DNA of 64,000 bases from positions 416 to 64,415 of the forward strand of contig CALBDW010000166.1 of the NCBI GenBank assembly GCA_937927435.1. Reading direction: 5' to 3'. The translations under genes were made by a program, and so were the position numbers. How positions within the stretch are numbered: the stretch's first letter is position 1; the number at the start of each line of letters is the position of its first letter. This document shows, one piece after another, positions 27,456 through 36,162 of this stretch. This stretch comes from an uncultured Bdellovibrionales bacterium (GTDB taxonomy: Bacteria > Bdellovibrionota > Bdellovibrionia > Bdellovibrionales > JAMPXM01). Under the pieces are notes generated by a model that was not told the DNA's origin, searched no databases, and worked only from the letters and a program-made list of their open reading frames with translations.

Positions 27456-28628
27456 TCAGTGGAATTCGATTTCCATGACAATGGCGAAGTGGTCGGAGTA
27501 GCCCGCAACCTCTTCGAATTCAGCGCGATGCGAATACCGCATCGGCACGCCGGTGACTCGTGATCCGGCCAAGGGACCGTAACGATAAGTGTAGGTTTTC
27601 GTGAACTCCTCGTCATTGACGATCCGGAACGAACGCAAATCCACTTTATTTAAGAGCGATTTCGAGACGAAGAACCGGTCGAGCATGTTCCAGGTCATGG
27701 CCGCGAAGCGGTTTTCGGAGCCCTCTTGTGCGTAGAAGTAAGTGCCCGGCGGCATACGCGAGACATCGATTTTGAGTTCTCGAGCTTTTTCGCGCACCAC
27801 GCGGTCGACGTCGAAGAGGATCGGCTCATTGCCCTGAAAGAATGCCAGGAACGGGCACGGGTGGTCATTCACTTGGTCGACGTTAAAGTCGCCCGTCGCC
27901 AAAACGTCGAAGCCTTTCTTCATGTAGGCGACTGTGAGATCGCGAACTTTATCGGCGAAGAGACGGCGAAGATGAACGGGGTTACTTTGCGATGGCCAGT
28001 GGTTTACGATGACGGCGAGCTTTCTTTTCTCTTTCGTGCCGTATTCGAACTCGCCAACGAGGATGTCGCGGAAACTTCTATCGGTTTGTTTTTTGAGGTC
28101 GACTCTTTCGGCCTTGAAGCCCAGGAAGCGAAGTCCCGGTTTTTCATTAAAGATCAGCGCGACGTCAATTCCGCGGGGGTCAGGGCCCTCGGCAATGGCA
28201 ACACCCTTATATCCCAATTTATCGGCGAGTTTACGTGCGACGCGTTCGTTTTCGACCTCAACGAGCGCCAAGATATCGGGCTGCGGGCCGCTTTTCGCCA
28301 CGACTTTCGCGATTTGTCCGAGCTTGATCTCCAGTTTGTCATCAGTCCAATCGGATTCGAGACAGCGAGCTTGGAAATGGGCTGGCTCCGTCGCGCAAAA
28401 TTCCGCCTTGCCTGCGGCATCCCTTGGAAGAAATTCCCAATCGTTCTTACCTTCATCGTGAACGGTATCGAATAGGTTTTCGACGTTGTACTCGAGGATC
28501 CGGATCCGGTTTTCAGCGGGTTTCGCCGCTACGGGTTGTCCGGTTGGAGGCGTTTTTTGAAAGTGTGTGCATGCCGTAACGGAAATCGTGGCGATGAGGG
28601 CGACGGCCCATGTTCTCAGATTGCGCAT
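27456..28628 (-). CDS. Lipoprotein endonuclease/exonuclease/phosphatase (EEP) family extracellular nuclease
   Basis: Signal peptide MRNLRTWAVALIATISVTAC. IRILEYNVENLFD, DILALVEVEN, GDFN and SDHFAIV are EEP catalytic motifs. ATG 28628 follows AGGAG. Confidence 0.8.
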   Translation of the reverse strand: MRNLRTWAVALIATISVTACTHFQKTPPTGQPVAAKPAENRIRILEYNVENLFDTVHDEGKNDWEFLPRDAAGKAEFCATEPAHFQARCLESDWTDDKLEIKLGQIAKVVAKSGPQPDILALVEVENERVARKLADKLGYKGVAIAEGPDPRGIDVALIFNEKPGLRFLGFKAERVDLKKQTDRSFRDILVGEFEYGTKEKRKLAVIVNHWPSQSNPVHLRRLFADKVRDLTVAYMKKGFDVLATGDFNVDQVNDHPCPFLAFFQGNEPILFDVDRVVREKARELKIDVSRMPPGTYFYAQEGSENRFAAMTWNMLDRFFVSKSLLNKVDLRSFRIVNDEEFTKTYTYRYGPLAGSRVTGVPMRYSHRAEFEEVAGYSDHFAIVMEIEFH

Positions 28629-28858
28629 ATTTAGGTTACTCCTGTCAGCTGACGGGTCTCGTTCAATCACACGAGTCCGCCCGACTCAACTTCTGAGTCT
28701 GTTTGGCGCGCCGTATTCAGAAAAATGACCAAACAGCACCGTTTTTGAACAGAATCTTAGAGTAAGGTTCCGGTGAATGTTTCAAATTTCGAGTTTCCGG
28801 CGGGCTAAACTTAGGATTCGACTTGCGCCGGGGCGACTTGTTTACCGGGAGGAACAGA

Positions 28859-29182
28859 ATGCTGTTGTCACTACGCGATTTTTCGGCCGGTTTTGTTGTG
28901 GGATTCGGGGCGGGAGTGGCCTTCCGTTCGTTGGCGGACAGTGATTTCGAATCGGTGAAAGGTATTCTGAAAACCGGAATGGGCGTCATGCAGAAAGCCG
29001 GCGATGCGGCTATGGACGGCTTCGGCAGGCTCCGTGAAGCGATCGAGGACGTGGGGGCCTGGGCCCGTGCGGAAAGCGTGCGCGAGAAAACGCGTAAACC
29101 GCAAGCAGACAGCCGCTCCGTCGCGCAGCCGCGACGCAAGAAGAAGGCCGCTGCGAGAAGGACGGTGGAGTACCACGCATGA
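28859..29182 (+). CDS. Small membrane-anchored protein (N-terminal Gly-rich TM helix, amphipathic middle, basic tail); DUF5132-like by recollection
   Basis: ATG 28859 follows GGGAGG. FSAGFVVGFGAGVAF TM segment and C-terminal RRKKKAAARR. The stop overlaps the next start (ATGA 29179-29182). Confidence 0.5.
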   Translation: MLLSLRDFSAGFVVGFGAGVAFRSLADSDFESVKGILKTGMGVMQKAGDAAMDGFGRLREAIEDVGAWARAESVREKTRKPQADSRSVAQPRRKKKAAARRTVEYHA

Positions 29183-29682
29183 GCGTTACGATGTCTTTGG
29201 GGTACGTCGCGTTTTCATTGGCGCCGACGAAGTTCACCGTGGGTCGGATACGGATCCGTATTCCCGAAAGGCATCGAGACGAGGCTTATTTCACGAAGGT
29301 TGGAGAGACTTTAGCGCAGGTCTCTGGGGTCCTGGACGTTAAGGTGAATCCGCGGACAACGTCGGTCTTGATCGAGCACGACCGGGAACCCGATGAACTT
29401 CTGTGGCGGATTCATGCGCTCAAATTGTTCCGATTGGTGCGGAAAGAGCAAATTCCGCTCCATCTTCATCGGGCGGCTTATCCGGTTTTCACACAGCAGG
29501 AAAAAGAGACGATGAAAGTTCTCGCTCTTCTCGGCTTGAGCTTGTTTCAAGCGGCACGGGGGCATGCGCTTGGCGCGGGCACATCGCTTTTGGACGAGGC
29601 CATCCGGTATTGGGAGCGGGCGAGCGCGGTTGGGGACGCCACCGATGCAAAAGCCGGAACGGGAAATGGTCGACGTTTATGA
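29179..29682 (+). CDS. Cysteine-free HMA-like (HMA2-type) ferredoxin-fold protein with C-terminal hydrophobic helix
   Basis: VGRIRIRIP....FTKVGETLAQVSGVLDVKVNPRTTSVLIEHD follows the beta-alpha-beta-beta pattern of heavy-metal-associated domains but has no CxxC (no Cys at all). Contains an LALLGLSLFQAARGHALGAG helix. Confidence 0.55.
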   Translation: MSVTMSLGYVAFSLAPTKFTVGRIRIRIPERHRDEAYFTKVGETLAQVSGVLDVKVNPRTTSVLIEHDREPDELLWRIHALKLFRLVRKEQIPLHLHRAAYPVFTQQEKETMKVLALLGLSLFQAARGHALGAGTSLLDEAIRYWERASAVGDATDAKAGTGNGRRL

Positions 29683-32563
29683 ATTTCCGGAAATCCGCGG
29701 GCTTCCACTCGTCGCACAGTGGCTCGAACACGAGGTGAGGAACTGGCCCGAGGTGAAGCGCGCCGCCTGCAGTTCGGCGACCGGGCGTTTGCGCGTTGAG
29801 TGGAGAACATCGGCGGCGGGTAAAAAGAGAACGCGCGCCTACATCGAACGTAAACTGGCCGAGTTCTCACTTCGCGAGGCCTACTGGATTCAACGCCATC
29901 GTGGTCTTGTGAGCGGTCGAGATATCGAGAAGAGTGGATGGCACACCTACAGTCTTGGTGAGATAAGGCGCCTTTTGCATACCGATTTCAAAGCGGGTCT
30001 CAAGGCAGAGGAGGTTCTGAAACGGTTGAAGCAATACGGCTCGAACGCGATTCCGCCGGTCGTTCCTCGATCGAATCTCGAAATACTCGTAAGCCAGTTT
30101 AAGAACTCTCCGACGGCGCTTCTTGCGGTGTCCGCCGTCCTTTCGGCACTCACGGGCGGTTTAGTTGAGGCAGGCGTTATTCTTGGGGTCATCGGCCTGA
30201 ACGGCGCCATCGGTTATTGGACCGAGAGTCTATCCGAACGAGAAATGCGGTCGCTATCGAAGCTGGGGCCGCGGCACACGTGGGTCGTGCGGGATGGAGT
30301 CGTGGTTCAGGTTTCGCAAGACGAGATCGTGCCCGGCGACATCATTGTGCTTCGTCCGGGTTCCCATGTGCCGGCCGACGCACGACTTATTGAAGCGGAC
30401 GGTTTGAGTGTCGACGAAGCCATTCTCACCGGGGAGAGCTTCGCGGTCGTGAAAAGTGCCGGGCGCTTGCGAAACAAGTCGCTTCCCTTATCCAAGTGCC
30501 GGAACATGGTGTTTAAAGGAAGCGCCATCGTCAGTGGTACGGGCCGAGCCGTCGTGGTCGAAACGGGCGAACGGACGCAAGCGGGAAGAATTCAAAGCAT
30601 GCTCGGCGAGAGGTTTGTGCGCGAAACCCGTTTGAGCGAGAAGTTCGATCAGCTCAATAGGCGGTTGATCGAGGTAGGCTTTGCATCGGCCGGCGCTCTT
30701 ATCGGCATCGGGCTTTGGCGCGGACAGCCTCTGACTCCTCTTCTCAGAACGGGAATCTCAATGGCAGTCGCCGCCGTTCCGGAAGGGTTGCCGACTGTCG
30801 CGACGTGGACCCTGAGTCGAACCGTTGCACGTCTTCTGCATCACGGAGTTCTGGTCCGCGATCTCCAAGCCGTCGAGTCGCTCGCATCGGTGAAGACCAT
30901 CTGCTTCGACAAGACGGGAACGCTCACTGAGAACAGGATGCGGGTGGCGGCTGTCGCGGTTCCTTGGCGGGAAGAGATCGTGAGGTTGCACGACGAGGAA
31001 CCTGTTCAATCGGAAGTGGAAGACGTTCGCGCGTACCGCTCTCTCATGGCCTGCGCGGCTCTCTGTAATGACGCCATTCTGAAAAATCTGCGTTCGAGTG
31101 GTTCTTCGACCGAGCTGGCGCTTATTCGGATCGCCAAGGCCTTCGGCGTATCGCCTGAAAAGGTGCGCCGGAAGTTTCCGCGAATCGATACGAAATATCG
31201 CACGGGCCGCCGGCGCTATATGATCACGGTCCACAAGTTCGCCGGGAAAAAAGGCGATAGAGCAGGTACATACAAAATGATGAAAGGGAGTCCGGAGGAA
31301 GTGTTGGAGTTGTGCAAGCTCCAGCATAAACCCCAAGGGGACGTGCCTCTTTCGCGTCAGGACCGGGAGCGTATCTTTGCGGCGAACGCGGAAATGTCGG
31401 GTTCGGCCTTGCGCGTCCTGGGATTCGCCTATCAGCCTCCTGGTGGTCGTCATTGGATTTGGCTCGGGCTTTTCGGTCTCGAGGATACACCGCGGCCGGG
31501 GATTCGCGAGCAGTTGAAGCGGTTTCACGAAGCGGGAATCCGAACCGTCGTGATCACAGGTGACCAAATGCTGACGGCCGAGTCCCTGGCTCGGGAATTG
31601 AACGTCGGTAATGGCGAGGAATTGATCGCCGTCGATATGGGCGGGGAGAAACGGGTCTCCGATGAAGAACTGGCGCGCGTCGCCGCCAAAGCGCAGGTTT
31701 TCGCTCGCGTGGGTCCGAACGATAAAAAGCGGATTATCGAAGCGCTGAAAACAAGCGGCGACATCGTTGGAATGGTCGGTGATGGTATCAATGATTCGCC
31801 GGCGCTCAAAGCTTCGGACGTCGGGATCGCGATCGGAAAAAGCGGAACGGACGTCGCCCGCGAAGTCGCGGGCGTCGTGTTGATTAGGGATAATCTCTCA
31901 GATCTATTGACGGCCATCGAAATGAGTCGTGTGGCTGCGGTCGCTTTGCGGCGACCGATTCGGTACCTTGTATCGACGAATTTAAGCGAACTCATGGTGA
32001 TCACGTCGCAGATGCTCGCGGGCGCGAAAGCGGTTTTAAATCCCTTGCAAATCTTGTGGATGAATCTTGTGACGGACTCCCTCCCGGCTTTGGCCCTGGC
32101 GGCGGACGCGCCGAACGGTGATTCAAAACGTTGGCGTCTGACCGGGCCTTTGGATCCGCGCGAGCCGTTGGTGACGAGGGAACAATTGAAGGATTTGGCG
32201 AAAGAGGCATCGATTCTCACGATGTCGGTCCTCGCGTCGTTCTTTTATGGTAGCCGGAAGTCCGCGGATCCCGCTTCGGCGCAAACGATGGCGATCGACA
32301 GCCTTGCGATCGGACAGATGTTGCATGCGCTCAGTTCGCGCAGTCCCTTTAAGGTCGATTGGGATGAACTAGCGCGTTCGCATCGGAACCTGCTGGCCGC
32401 GACGATGGGAAGCGCGCTTACGCATTTGGGGCTCGGCGCGGTCCCGTCGTTCAATAAGCTGTTCAGCTTTCAGCGGCCGTCCAAGGCCGACACGGCGATC
32501 AGCCTGGCTGCGGCGGTTTTGGGATTCCTCGCGGTCGAAGCGAAAAAGAAGGCGAGAGTTTGA
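29645..32563 (+). CDS. P2-type (SERCA/PMCA-like) cation-transporting P-type ATPase with N-terminal Cys-poor HMA-like domain
   Basis: DKTGTLT, TGES, PEGLP (TM4), NLSEL (TM5), NLVTDSLPA (TM6) and GDGINDSPALK. The N-terminal ~120 aa (EIRGLPLVAQWLEHEVRNWPEVKRAACSSATGRLRVEW) repeats the HMA-like pattern. Start is ATG 29645 or 29666, and both overlap the upstream gene. Confidence 0.88.
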   Translation: MQKPEREMVDVYEFPEIRGLPLVAQWLEHEVRNWPEVKRAACSSATGRLRVEWRTSAAGKKRTRAYIERKLAEFSLREAYWIQRHRGLVSGRDIEKSGWHTYSLGEIRRLLHTDFKAGLKAEEVLKRLKQYGSNAIPPVVPRSNLEILVSQFKNSPTALLAVSAVLSALTGGLVEAGVILGVIGLNGAIGYWTESLSEREMRSLSKLGPRHTWVVRDGVVVQVSQDEIVPGDIIVLRPGSHVPADARLIEADGLSVDEAILTGESFAVVKSAGRLRNKSLPLSKCRNMVFKGSAIVSGTGRAVVVETGERTQAGRIQSMLGERFVRETRLSEKFDQLNRRLIEVGFASAGALIGIGLWRGQPLTPLLRTGISMAVAAVPEGLPTVATWTLSRTVARLLHHGVLVRDLQAVESLASVKTICFDKTGTLTENRMRVAAVAVPWREEIVRLHDEEPVQSEVEDVRAYRSLMACAALCNDAILKNLRSSGSSTELALIRIAKAFGVSPEKVRRKFPRIDTKYRTGRRRYMITVHKFAGKKGDRAGTYKMMKGSPEEVLELCKLQHKPQGDVPLSRQDRERIFAANAEMSGSALRVLGFAYQPPGGRHWIWLGLFGLEDTPRPGIREQLKRFHEAGIRTVVITGDQMLTAESLARELNVGNGEELIAVDMGGEKRVSDEELARVAAKAQVFARVGPNDKKRIIEALKTSGDIVGMVGDGINDSPALKASDVGIAIGKSGTDVAREVAGVVLIRDNLSDLLTAIEMSRVAAVALRRPIRYLVSTNLSELMVITSQMLAGAKAVLNPLQILWMNLVTDSLPALALAADAPNGDSKRWRLTGPLDPREPLVTREQLKDLAKEASILTMSVLASFFYGSRKSADPASAQTMAIDSLAIGQMLHALSSRSPFKVDWDELARSHRNLLAATMGSALTHLGLGAVPSFNKLFSFQRPSKADTAISLAAAVLGFLAVEAKKKARV

Positions 32564-32591
32564 AGGCGGCCCGCGCCGAGCCGCCCTGCTC

Positions 32592-33509
32592 TTAGATGGC
32601 CGAACGTTTCAAACGTTCGATGCGCTCGTCAAGCGGCGGGTGCGTGGAGAAAAGGCGCATGAACGCGTTCGGCCCGCTCGAGATTTTGAACGCTTGCAGG
32701 GCGGGCTGCGCCGTTTCGGCGGCTTCAACCCGCTCAAAAGTCCGTTGCAGACATTCGAGAGCTTGGATCATGTTCTCGCGGCCGGCCAAGCGGGCGCCTC
32801 CCGCGTCGGCGCGGAATTCGCGATAACGTGAGAACCAAGCGACGACCATCGAACCCAGGATCATGAAGACCATTTCGAGGGCGATGTGCGTGAGATAGAA
32901 GGCCATGAAGTTTCCACCCCCGCCTTCTTCGCTGTCGCGGTCGCGGTTCATCGTCAGGGCGTAAGCGATGACCCGGGCAAGGAACATGACGAAGGCGTTC
33001 ACGACGCCTTGGAGCAACGTCATCGTCACCATGTCGCCGTTGGCGATGTGGGCGACTTCGTGTCCGAGCACGCCTCTGATTTCCGCGCGGTTCATCTTGT
33101 TCAATAGGCCGGTGGAAACGGCGACCAGCGCGCGCGACTTGGTCGGGCCGGTGGCGAATGCATTCACTTCGGGCGAGTTATAAATACCGACCTCGGGCAT
33201 CGCCGGCAGGCGTGCGGCTCTCGCCAATTCATGGACGGTTTCGACGAGTTCACGCAGATGCGGATCCCGGGTATCGGGAGGAATGACCTGCACCCTCATC
33301 ATCATCTTCGCCATGAAGCGCGACATGGCGAGAGAGATCAGCGCGCCTCCCATGCCCCAGACCAAGCAGAAAGCGAGCAGGGAATTGTAGTCGAGACCGT
33401 ACTCGTTGAGGTAGGGCCTAATGCCGAGGATGTTCAGAACGATCGAAATGGTGATGATCACCAAAAAGTTGACAGCAAGGAATAGACCGATCCTTTTCAA
33501 CCAAGCCAT
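32592..33509 (-). CDS. htpX: Membrane zinc metalloprotease HtpX (M48)
   Basis: HEVAHIANGD zinc motif, 4 TM, C-terminal STHPPLDERI. Confidence 0.92.
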   Translation of the reverse strand: MAWLKRIGLFLAVNFLVIITISIVLNILGIRPYLNEYGLDYNSLLAFCLVWGMGGALISLAMSRFMAKMMMRVQVIPPDTRDPHLRELVETVHELARAARLPAMPEVGIYNSPEVNAFATGPTKSRALVAVSTGLLNKMNRAEIRGVLGHEVAHIANGDMVTMTLLQGVVNAFVMFLARVIAYALTMNRDRDSEEGGGGNFMAFYLTHIALEMVFMILGSMVVAWFSRYREFRADAGGARLAGRENMIQALECLQRTFERVEAAETAQPALQAFKISSGPNAFMRLFSTHPPLDERIERLKRSAI

Positions 33510-33585
33510 TCAGCTTACCTCCGAAATCAGACTAGTGTAGCCTTGACTTCAAAATTTGGAAAGACAATAAGTTCGATCGAATACT

Positions 33586-34509
33586 TTGTTTAAATCGAAG
33601 AAAGCCCGGGTCTTAACATCTGTGCAGTGGCTTAACTACCATCACCTTTATTACTTCCGGACGATCGCTCTCGAGGGTGGCATCGCTAAGGCGGCCGAGA
33701 AGCTGCGCTTGGGGCAGCCGACTCTGAGCACCCAGTTGAAGCAGCTTGAAAACGCGATCGGCAAGCCTCTCTTTGAACGACGAAACAGAAAACTGATTTT
33801 AACGGAGGCCGGCAAGGCGGCGCTTGAGTATGCCAACGAGATCTTCCGTTTGGGCGAGGAAATGCTCGAGGTGCTCCAGGACCGCACGGTGACGAACCAA
33901 ACGCATTTGCAGATCGGCGCGCTCGACAGCGTTCCCAAAAGTGTGATCCTCGCCCTCGTCATGGAGGCATACCGGACCGAATCCTGTACGGTTTCGATTC
34001 TCGAGGGGAAGGGTGACGAACTCTTCCGCGAACTGCACGCGCACCGCATCGACCTTGTCATTTCGAACTATCCTCCTCCGGTTCTTGAAGGGAAACCGTT
34101 TTTTTCGAAATCCGTGGCGAAACTTCCGGTCTCGGTTTACGGCGCCCCGCGCTTTAAAAACCTGAGGAGGAATTTCCCCAGATCGTTGAACGGTAGCCTG
34201 TTCGTGCTTCCCACAGCTCACAGCCGCCTGCGCCACGATCTGAACCGTTATTTCAAATTGCAGGACATTCAGATTGTGCCTGTCGCGGAAACACAGGACA
34301 CGAGCTTGCTAAGGCTGCTCGCCGCTAACGGATTAGGGCTTGCGCCGTTTTCTGAAGTCGCGGGGCTAAAAGAGGAGAAGCTCGAACGGATCGGGCGCCT
34401 CGAAGGGGTGCATGAAGAGGTATGGCTGATCTCCGCCCAAAGAAAACTGGAGAACCCGGTGGCGGCGTCGATTATGAAGAGCTTCACTCTTCATAAAGTT
34501 CGAAAATAA
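33586..34509 (+). CDS. LysR-family transcriptional regulator, NhaR-like
   Basis: LNYHHLYYFRTIALEGGIAKAAEKLRLGQPTLSTQLKQLE resembles the NhaR N-terminus. Start is uncertain (TTG 33586 or GTG 33622). Confidence 0.85.
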   Translation: MFKSKKARVLTSVQWLNYHHLYYFRTIALEGGIAKAAEKLRLGQPTLSTQLKQLENAIGKPLFERRNRKLILTEAGKAALEYANEIFRLGEEMLEVLQDRTVTNQTHLQIGALDSVPKSVILALVMEAYRTESCTVSILEGKGDELFRELHAHRIDLVISNYPPPVLEGKPFFSKSVAKLPVSVYGAPRFKNLRRNFPRSLNGSLFVLPTAHSRLRHDLNRYFKLQDIQIVPVAETQDTSLLRLLAANGLGLAPFSEVAGLKEEKLERIGRLEGVHEEVWLISAQRKLENPVAASIMKSFTLHKVRK

Positions 34510-34597
34510 CGAAGTATCAGCTATGATTTATCGAATTTTCTGATTCATGGACATTCGTTAAGGTTTTAATTCTTCGGGTTTGGGAACGGGGTTGAAC

Positions 34598-35158
34598 GTG
34601 AAGAAGTTGGAATACGCGATTGAGAGCGTGATTTTCGCAAGCCGCTGGATCCAGGCGCCCGTGTACGGCGGACTGATCGTCGGCGCCGTACTGTATACTT
34701 ATAAGTTTCTCGTCGAGCTCGTGCATCTGTGTATGACTGTGAACTCCGTCTCGGAGGAAGTGTTGATGTTAGGGGTTTTGACCCTCGTCGATATCACGAT
34801 GGTCCTTAACCTTCTGATCATGGTCATCATCGGCGGATATGCCACCTTTGTTAGCCGCATGCCCCTCGATGATCATGAAGATCGGCCCGACTGGTTGGAA
34901 AAGGTCAATGCGGGGACCCTCAAGGTGAAGTTGGCTGCTTCGCTTGTCGGCGTTTCGGGGATCCATTTGCTCAAAGCGTTTATCAACATCAGCAACAAGA
35001 GTCCCGAGGATGTGAAATGGCAGGTGATCATCCATGTCGTCTTTTTATTTTCGACGATCATGTTGGCTTATGCGGAGAAGCTCATTCACGCTGAAGCGCA
35101 TGGGTCCGAGTCCGACAGCGGTACTGCCGTAAAAGAAAAGATTTCCGTCGCGAAATGA
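34598..35158 (+). CDS. yqhA: YqhA/UPF0114-family membrane protein
   Basis: From GTG 34598, MKKLEYAIESVIFASRWIQAPVYGGLIVG matches the YqhA N-terminus pattern (..ASRWLLAPVY.GL). Confidence 0.8.
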   Translation: MKKLEYAIESVIFASRWIQAPVYGGLIVGAVLYTYKFLVELVHLCMTVNSVSEEVLMLGVLTLVDITMVLNLLIMVIIGGYATFVSRMPLDDHEDRPDWLEKVNAGTLKVKLAASLVGVSGIHLLKAFINISNKSPEDVKWQVIIHVVFLFSTIMLAYAEKLIHAEAHGSESDSGTAVKEKISVAK

Positions 35159-35178
35159 CATGAAAGCGCAGGTGCGAG

Positions 35179-36153
35179 ATGTTGTCCTTTCTTTCAGAGG
35201 TTTCCATCGCTCCCGGATGGCTGTGGGTCAGTTTCACGATTGGCGTTTTGATTTTGATCGTCATCGACCTGAGCCTGTTCGGTAAGTTCGGGCATAAGCT
35301 CTCCTCGCGAACGGCTCTCATGGAGAGCGCCGTATGGGTCGCGATTTCACTCGCGTTCAACGCATGGTTCGCCTTTAATTTCGGCAGCGAAAAGGGGATC
35401 GAGTTTTTAACGGGCTACTTGGTGGAAAAAAGCCTGAGTGTCGACAACCTTTTTGTTATTCTCCTTATTTTTAATTCCTTTAAAATTCCTGACGGTTATC
35501 AACACCGCGTTCTTTTCTATGGAGTTTTAGGCGCGATCATTTTGCGGGCTTTTTTTATCATCGTCGGCGCTCATCTTCTGCACACATTCCATTGGATCCT
35601 CTTCGTATTCGGCGTCATCTTGTTGGTGACGGCGGTTAAGTTCCTCTTCGATACGGATGAAAAAATCGATGCTCAAGAAAACTGGGCACTGCGCGTCTTG
35701 CGTCGCATTATGCCCATTTCGACGGACAGGTCGAATGGCCGGTTCTTTGTGCGCGAGGATGGGATCCGGAAGGCGACGCCGTTGTTTTTGGCTCTTGTGG
35801 TGATTGAGGCGACGGATGTGGTCTTCGCGGTGGACTCGATTCCGGCGGTGTTTGCGGTCACACAGGACGGGTTTGTTGCGTTTTCTTCTAATATTCTAGC
35901 GGTCTTAGGATTGCGCGCTCTCTATTTTGTTATTGCCGACTGGGTTGGTAAACTTCGGTACCTGAAGCCCGGTTTGGCGGCGGTTCTGGGATTTATTGGA
36001 ATCAAAATGCTCGTCGCTGAGATTTTCAAAATCCCGAGTTGGATATCACTTTTGGTGATCTTTTCGATCCTGACAACCGCCGGATTGAGCTCGTGGTATG
36101 TTGCGAGAGTCGAGGCTCGACGAAAGGAGAAATCGGATCCGTTCGCATCGTGA
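35179..36153 (+). CDS. terC: TerC-family integral membrane protein (Alx/YkoY-like)
   Basis: LTGYLVEKSLSVDNLFVILLIF and VVIEATDVVFAVDSIPAVFAVT are the paired TerC motifs. Confidence 0.9.
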   Translation: MLSFLSEVSIAPGWLWVSFTIGVLILIVIDLSLFGKFGHKLSSRTALMESAVWVAISLAFNAWFAFNFGSEKGIEFLTGYLVEKSLSVDNLFVILLIFNSFKIPDGYQHRVLFYGVLGAIILRAFFIIVGAHLLHTFHWILFVFGVILLVTAVKFLFDTDEKIDAQENWALRVLRRIMPISTDRSNGRFFVREDGIRKATPLFLALVVIEATDVVFAVDSIPAVFAVTQDGFVAFSSNILAVLGLRALYFVIADWVGKLRYLKPGLAAVLGFIGIKMLVAEIFKIPSWISLLVIFSILTTAGLSSWYVARVEARRKEKSDPFAS

Positions 36154-36162
36154 TCCACTTAT

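Noticed and set aside
34510-35178. Possible yybP-ykoY Mn2+ riboswitch upstream of terC.
   Set aside because: terC starts 20 nt after yqhA. The 88-nt region before yqhA shows no four-way-junction-like conserved sequence that I can recognise.
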